A DNA stretch of 55,190 bases, counting the filler, from Sphacelaria rigidula (lineage: Eukaryota): the NCBI GenBank assembly GCA_964200075.2. It is 4 parts of 4 records of this genome, joined end to end, with 100 filler letters (N's around TTAATTAATTAA, not from the genome) between each part and the next. Parts side by side here need not be neighbours in the genome. Positions count along the whole stretch, not along the records: positions 41,469 to 55,190 come from CAXNAA020002703.1; 3 more parts are not named here. One strand, 5' to 3'. The stretch's first letter is position 1. Each line of letters opens with the position of its first letter. The notes under the pieces were generated by a model. It searched no databases. It was given only the letters and a program-made list of their open reading frames with translations, and was not told the DNA's origin. Below are positions 49,001 through 55,190 of the stretch, piece after piece. Made by a program: the position numbers and the translations under genes.

Positions 49001-52000
49001 TTGAAAAAAATATATAGGCGCCCAAGTCACTCTGAAATTATACGGAGGATGCGAGCATCGATTTCCTGCTCCAAGGGCTTTCGCACCGACCTCACGTGCA
49101 AAGAGCCCGACACCGTCACTTCACCTTGAACGAGTAGAAGAATAGTCTCGCCACCGTGGCGTTGCTCACAGCGCCGGCGGCGTCCATGAAGATGGGCCAA
49201 TTGCTCAGCATCACCACATCCGTCATAGCGGCGAACGACTCGTGCAGTGATGCAAACGATAACGCATGCCTATAGAAGGCGAACCTGCACGGCATACAAA
49301 GCGTTTTCAAGTCAGACCAGGATTTGCATATACTACAAAAATGCGAGGCGTGTGCCGGGGAAGAGAAGGGTCGATCCCCTGAGACCATGGACACTCGTCC
49401 CCAGGAAGGGGAGGTTTTAATAATTACAAGTATATGACAAGAAAAAAAAAAAAACACGACTCATTGACTTTTGTATCTCATTGTTATTCATAGAACTTTA
49501 TGTCTTTTTTGCACTTCAAAAAAACTGATTACGAGTCCGCCATTGTCAGGAGGAAATATATGTATATATATATTAATCGTTTCTTGGGCTGCTCGCCAGT
49601 GGTATCCCTTGTCGATAATATGAAGGCGTTCCGAGAAGGGACTTATTTAAACTTCACGCTCCAGTCGCAACAGTCATGTTCCGCAGTGTCACTTGTACGG
49701 GGCTCAGAACAGAAGTCATCGTGGCGAGAGGGGTGATCACAATCAGCACGGACAGCTGGCTCAACAGGCGTGCAAGTGAGGTGGCGAGAGCAGCACCCCG
49801 CAGGAGTATCGCAAGCGGTTGAAAGTGAAACCGTGACATTCAACAAAAGTACAGGACGAAGTTCGTACCGTGTCCTCGTACATGCGACCCCCGCCCCGTC
49901 TATACGCACTGTCGTAATGCATTACTGCACAAGCCGGTCGCTCCGGTCCCTCAGATGGTAACCTCGATCCCTCTTGACGGTTGGGTCGTGGGTTCGAATC
50001 TCGATGCAGTCACACGATCTGGGATTCTTTCTTACACAATGCCCGACAGTGGAGAGCAACTACCTCATGGGTACACAAAATTTGACTTCACGGTTGACGA
50101 GGGAAAAGAAATACCTTAACCCCTCTTCCGATAAGAAATAAGGCAAGCACCGCAAGAGGAAGGTGAAGGTCTGAAACAAAAGAAAAAATGAAGAAAAGCT
50201 CCTCTGTTGGCCTTCCTCCTGTGTGACCCCGGCTAATGCGCCTACACAAGCCGAATGATGTAGACTGGCGTCTATAAATGATGGGATGGCAACACACACA
50301 CTGACTGTTTATCGTATGTGAAGACGGCGCACCATCCACAGCAGCTTTGAGGCCATGGGCAAAGGCTGTGTCCGCATACTCTTGTCACATGAACTTTTTA
50401 GTATCACAAGTCCGCTGTGAATCGCACGCAAATAAGCGCGGGACCTCCGCCAAGTGTGCGTTCGCCCAAGGTGGAGCACACAGAACTGTAAGGCCGCCTC
50501 CTTCGTTCGAATGACTGTGCAATGGGCGAAGCTACACCACTGAATGTCTATCTGTACATGGAAAACAGCTGACTCTCTGACATACACGCAGACATGCACG
50601 ATTGTACATATAAAGATACGTGCTGAGATGGTCAAATACCCCACAAGACCTCGGCGAAGTGGAAGTGGTTCGATCATCGAAGTATCAACGTACCGACCCG
50701 TACTCTACGTTGGTATATGGACAAGAACACCAGACTATCCACCCCCGGAGCTGCCAAACTATTTGCTCCCCTTGAGCGGAAGATATGATACTGTCTGTAG
50801 GGGGACGCTGCCCCCCTTGCCAGGTACGCCGGCAAGGGTATTTGCCATATCGCACTATGCACGCGACAGGAGCTTAACCTACACCTGCCGAGCGATTTGA
50901 TGCTGGAACGTTCAGCCCCAGACCCGCATAGACATAATGGAGCCTGAACGATGCTTCTTAGCTGTGTTTTGTTGAGCCTTCACCAGTAACCGGGTGAAGA
51001 ATCATCATGAGGCTGCCAGGATTCGGTGCTGCCTGTGTGCCCGATTGATACCGCACCCGCTATTCTGCCATAAGACAATGTTGGTTATATTTATGATTAT
51101 TATGATTATTATATGATTACTATATGATTATTATTATGATAATCACTTTTGTTTTTTATTTGTCACACTTTGAACCCCTCCCCTTACTGGAGACGAGTTC
51201 GTGGCCTCAAGGGATCAAGCCATCTCTCCCGGGTACACACACGCATTGCAATTTGGTCTCGCGGATCGCGTCAGCACTCCCGAACCGTGTCAACTCTCGT
51301 CAAACAAACTCAGCCAACTACTTCTCCTTTACTCAAACTGCTAACTCTTTCGACGGTGGAAATCAATTACTCCGAAGAAAAAACCAACGCATCGGATTTA
51401 AACCCTCGTTCTCTCCACGCTAATCGTGACCGTCGGACCATTACACCACCGGGGCGAGAAAATAAACCTCGCCGCGTCGGTGGCATCCACCGTTTCAATG
51501 CACGACGCGCCCTCAGCTGCTTGCGCTACTCAACCTGTGACTGTGACACGTTGCCGTGGTACCAGCCAACACACCGCCCAAGTTCCTCATCACACACGAG
51601 GTGCGCCTCGTCTCAGCGCCTACCCTTCCAAAATATCGCCTCCATATTACCGAAAAGGAATGACGGTTGCGATATTTTCGCATCCTGTTTGAAGTGCGAG
51701 CAATAGAGGAAGCCACAACAGAAGCACGACAGAAACAAATCATGATAAAGCTAGAGGAGAAGCAAAAGCATGAAGGATGGTTAACCCTTGCCTTTGCATC
51801 ATAGTGCTCGTGTTGGATGGATCGAGCTCCAAGATCCCGAGCGGGGTTGCGCAGTACATGGCGAAGGCCAGCACGGCGTACGAGTAGATGACGGAGAACA
51901 GCACGAACGACGACCGCAGCACGGCAGGAAATACGTACTCCAGTCTGGTCGCAACCTCTATTCTCCGCCATATACATCAACAGCGTTTTAGACAGCAACA

Positions 52001-52005
52001 GCGGC

Positions 52006-52060
<55 letters not shown>

Positions 52061-53400
52061 AAAGCTGAAAGAAGAAAATAAAACATGCGCACAAGAAATA
52101 ATAACGACAGCGGCGACAATGGATCATGACCAACAAGAGGAAAATACCAACAAAGAGGTTGAAAAAACCTCGCGAGATGTGTTGTGCTTCGTGTTTGAAT
52201 AACCTGAGGCATAGCCCTTAGATCTTCATCCAGCTACCCTCTACTGCTGCCCCCCGCTGGCTTACGTGGAACATGACACATCAATAGCCAGTTAACGCGG
52301 AAAAATGGAGCGTCCAAATCTCGCATACATTTTTCCTTGCACTGGGGTGTAGCAAAATATGGGTTCCGTTGTTGACAACGTGAGGACGTGAGGAGCATAA
52401 CAAATAAATTGGTATAGTCAACGCGGTGCAGGGGAGCTGGTCATAATACAATCCGCGATATAAAAAACCAGGCATGTACAGGGGGAGAGTATGGATCTAA
52501 CCCTGAAGCCTACGGACTTGTCCCCAGGATGGGCAGGGCTTGAATAAAAACATGACGACAAAAAGCTGGAAATGAAAAAGGCCACCTTCTAGGCCGCGTG
52601 CTATTCCAGAAAAGCTCGTTCCCCTGATTCTGCCCCCCACCCCACGTCCCTGGCGCGCACTCATTTCATCAGCGACCCCTGTGCGTGGAGCGACCCCTGT
52701 GCGTGGTGTTTCCTCCAATATTGTTTTGGTTCTCACCGGAGCTTGTGTGTCCCAACTCGTGCATAATATTCCAGAGGATCATGAGTCGCGTCGCTTGAAG
52801 GATGTGATACGCGCTGTGCCAAGCTTCGCCTGGAAACCATAGGCCAAGGTAGTACGCCACGCCGATGCAGTTGAGACCCATGCCGAGCGCATGCCTGTTC
52901 CGAATATATGCAAGATGAATGGATGAGATGGAATGAGTTTACGACCTGCAAAAAAATAGGAAATATGATATAGAGAAGAAGAGAAGGAGAGGGACAGAGA
53001 CAGACATGGATTTAGATATATAGATATAATATAGACACATTGATATATACATATATATATGGAGATAGAGATATATAGGTAAAATGACGATAGTCGAATT
53101 TCACATTTTCCCAGCCGCCTTTCAAAGATACGCCCCCGTGAGCCCAAGCGTTTTCTCTATGTGCTGATCTGGGCATGACGTTTGTGGCCACGTACCGCCA
53201 TTGGCCGAGGTACTGCCGAACCCCCACCGAGATCATCCTCAGCCCCGCGTTGATGCAGTAGTAGATGATGAGCCATCTCCCCAGAGGATACGCCCACTCC
53301 GCGCGATCTTCCGGGTCATCCCCCTCTCTCACCATCTGATACCCTGCATCCACGAGCAACATGTGCCCAACGAGACGCCAAGGAAGATTTGATACAGCGG
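43053..53400 (-). CDS. Six-TM ion-transport domain, two-pore channel (TPC)-like C-terminal repeat; spliced, 5'-partial
   Basis: Frame-consistent exons. About 53400-53196 (5' edge uncertain): S1-S2, LGRWLIIYYCINAGLRMISVG. 52894-52737: S3-S4. 51957-51792: S5, RSSFVLFSVIYSYAVLAFAMYC. 49284-49125: pore, SFASLHESFAAMTDVVMLSNWPIFMDAAG...ARLFFYSFK. 43358-43053: S6, GLTFYFVMPVMLGFIVQSY, then a tail to TAA. The pore segment resembles TPC repeat-II filters (xxGNW/xxNNW). Confidence 0.75.
43765..43912 (-). mobile_element. SINE family A, partial
   Basis: tctcgagggatcaatcagcccatctctcccccggtacacg...cagcacttgccgcaccg matches the family body. Confidence 0.6.
45610..46160 (+). mobile_element. piggyBac-type non-autonomous element (MITE)
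   Basis: 14-bp TIRs CCCTTAGACAGCGA / CCCTTACACAGCGA (1 mismatch), flanked by ATAA and TTAA. CCC termini plus a TTAA target are piggyBac hallmarks. Confidence 0.8.
46788..47036. mobile_element. hAT-type MITE (249 bp)
   Basis: Homolog of 7710-7956 with a perfect 8-bp TSD gaaaaatg at 46780-46787 and 47037-47044. Confidence 0.88.
47290..48135 (+). repeat. Tandem repeat, unit about 315 nt, about 2.7 copies
   Basis: gcagtacctgtggg...ccgcatatgc...tctgggcgaaa recurs near 47388, 47704 and 48020. Confidence 0.88.
49936..50302 (+). mobile_element. tRNA-derived SINE family B
   Basis: Same head (ggtcgctccgg...gggttcgaatc) and body as 8695-9040; ends in a CA tail. Confidence 0.78.
51147..51456 (-). mobile_element. 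tRNA-derived SINE family A (full length)
   Basis: Minus strand CGCCCCGGTGGTGTAATGG (A box) ... GGTTTAAATCC (degenerate B box), with an A-rich tail. Confidence 0.78.
51993..52060. repeat. (CAG/CAA)n microsatellite, intronic
   Basis: CAG/CAA run in the channel-gene intron, about 35 nt from the acceptor at 51958. Confidence 0.9.
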
Positions 53401-53548
53401 GTACACGCCCACGTGCCGAGGGGAGCGGAGAGGGGCGGAGGCAGACGCAATTAAGACAATTTCGTCTCCCCTAACTTGGGCGCCGCAGCCACGACATATC
53501 ATGGGAGACCAAGGACCTTGAGAATACTGCACATTCATCGTGTTCTTG

Positions 53549-53800
53549 TTTTTTTATTTTATTTTCGTCATACTTCCAACCCCTGCCTTTCTTCAGGACG
53601 GCAAAGTCTCAAGGGATCAACCCATCTCTTTCCCAGTGTGCCGTATATGCCTGACGTTTTTTTGTTATCGCAGATTGGATCGTGACCATCAGCACTCCCG
53701 TACCGCGTCGACTCCCGTCGAATATTCTTCGCCATTCAAGTTCTCACTTTTTCGACAACGTGAATCATTTTTCTCTCGGATTGAAAAAAAATCGTCAATC
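53549..53800 (-). mobile_element. SINE family A, partial
   Basis: gtctcaagggatcaacccatctct...cagcactcccgtaccgcgtcga matches the family body. Confidence 0.6.
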
Positions 53801-55190
53801 GTCAGGAGTCGACAGCTTTGGATCCACCCCGCTCCAACTCGCCAAATACGCGCTACACACCACACACCTGACCTGAATCGAGGAGCCCGCGCGCGCATGG
53901 ATGAGCTTATAATCACGTACGGATGTGATACGGCGGGCAGGGTGAGGAGTAAGAGAACATGCGTCATGGGACCGTTGCAACGCGTGGCAGTGAATATGGA
54001 TGACATCCAAGTGCACGTAGGTACACTGAGACCTTAGTGTACTTCGAGGTCACCCACTCCCACTGTCGCACACTAGAAAGACGGCATGGCGTGTCCTCTC
54101 GAGCTGCCCACCCTGCCAGGCGATGACCACATTTGCACGTGCAGCTGTGCTCATCTGAATCATTTGCATTCTAGAGCAGTCCACCCTACCCGCTGAGCAT
54201 CACATCTGTCGAGAAGCTCAGGCCATCTATGCGCAGACTGGTTCGCCGAATCAGGTCGGGTGTGGTGTGTGGTGTGTGAGGTGTGTTTGCTGGGTTGGAG
54301 CTGGGTGGGGCCAAAGCTCTCGAACTAAACAAAAGTGGAGCAGGGTCAGTAGGTCTGTACGAATTCCGTCGGTTTGTGGGACCTGGGTGCAACCTTATCT
54401 GCAACCCCCCTCTGGGTGCCTAATTTGTTTTCCAACCAAGTGGAGCGTTGTTCTTGTCCACCAAATCTGCATACAGGGTCAAACATGCGGCGGTTATTCC
54501 AGTGGTCGTCGATTCAATATATTTCAGCATCACTACGACCCGTACTGGTCTCAGTACGTCTGGTACCCCAAGTTTCTGTGTATAGCGCCGCGTAGCGCCG
54601 CGTGACCCCCGCTGCCTGCAGAAACACCTTGGTTGGCATTGCGACTGCCTGTAGAGCAGACGCCCCTGTGCTGTGCCCGACGGTATATAGTCTGCATTTC
54701 GAAGGAGTTGGGGTCATGAAATGGGGGTTGGGCACCACTGGCGTTACCTCGGGCTGTTCCGAAAGGTGGCCTTCACGACATGTTGCTATCGGGCGGGGTG
54801 CTTGCCAAAAGAAAGCGGCTGCTCAGCCGTAGCTTGAGAGATACTGGCGTTGAAGGCCAAGCGACGATATTGTTCCGAAATACCGCCTCGCGCCTTGATT
54901 GATTGACTGTCGCAAATTAAAAGTTTTGGGTTCCAGTGTGAGACGTATCTTTGTTTCACTATGATGCTGAACCAATCATATCAGCAGAGGGTACAGCGAT
55001 CAAGCGGCCGGCGATCGAAAACGTACATTTTTTTTCAGGTATACGAAGACCTGTCCCATACCGTTATCAAGTAATTTTACCCAAACCTGACCCTGAATGG
55101 GAGTTGTGACTGAATGGCAAAACACTTACTTCCTCTGTCCCATAAGTAAAGTCCGTTATGTTTAGACGAGCCCTTAACGGTGTCCGATTT

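Noticed and set aside
51513..52212. Poly-Q / poly-L / poly-A ORFs
   Set aside because: Artefacts of a CAG/CAA microsatellite; the real exon here is 51957-51792 on the minus strand.
1..55190. Functional gene cluster or sex-determining-region interpretation of the four genes
   Set aside because: The genes are on separate contigs joined artificially, and nothing in the sequence indicates linkage.

Overview
This is intron-rich, repeat-rich eukaryotic DNA of roughly 50% GC. Gene style and repeats suggest a brown alga (Phaeophyceae); that assignment is an inference. The window is not one locus. It is four contigs (1-13723, 13824-27546, 27647-41368, 41469-55190; 13,723/13,723/13,722/13,722 nt) joined by identical 100-nt N44-TTAATTAATTAA-N44 linkers, so adjacency across linkers is meaningless. 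Each contig carries one partial spliced gene, largely missed by the ORF track: (1) a PgsA-like phosphatidylglycerophosphate synthase (minus strand, 4 frame-consistent exons); (2) a RAD51D-like recombinase paralog (minus, 4 exons); (3) a decayed Zn(II)2Cys6-type transcription-factor-like pseudogene (plus); (4) a six-transmembrane, two-pore-channel-like ion-channel repeat with a nearly uncharged voltage-sensor domain (minus, 5 exons). The rest is nested transposon debris: two tRNA-derived SINE families, hAT-type MITEs, piggyBac-type MITEs, a pogo derivative with a PIP-box, an RTE LINE fragment and tandem repeats. The most unusual signals are a short retroposon-like element that ends in and inserts into poly(C) tracts, with filled and empty sites both visible, and two hAT-like elements built from arrays of self-complementary 41-44-nt units around a unique core. 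No CRISPR array, intact viral gene or intact Fanzor/TnpB was found.
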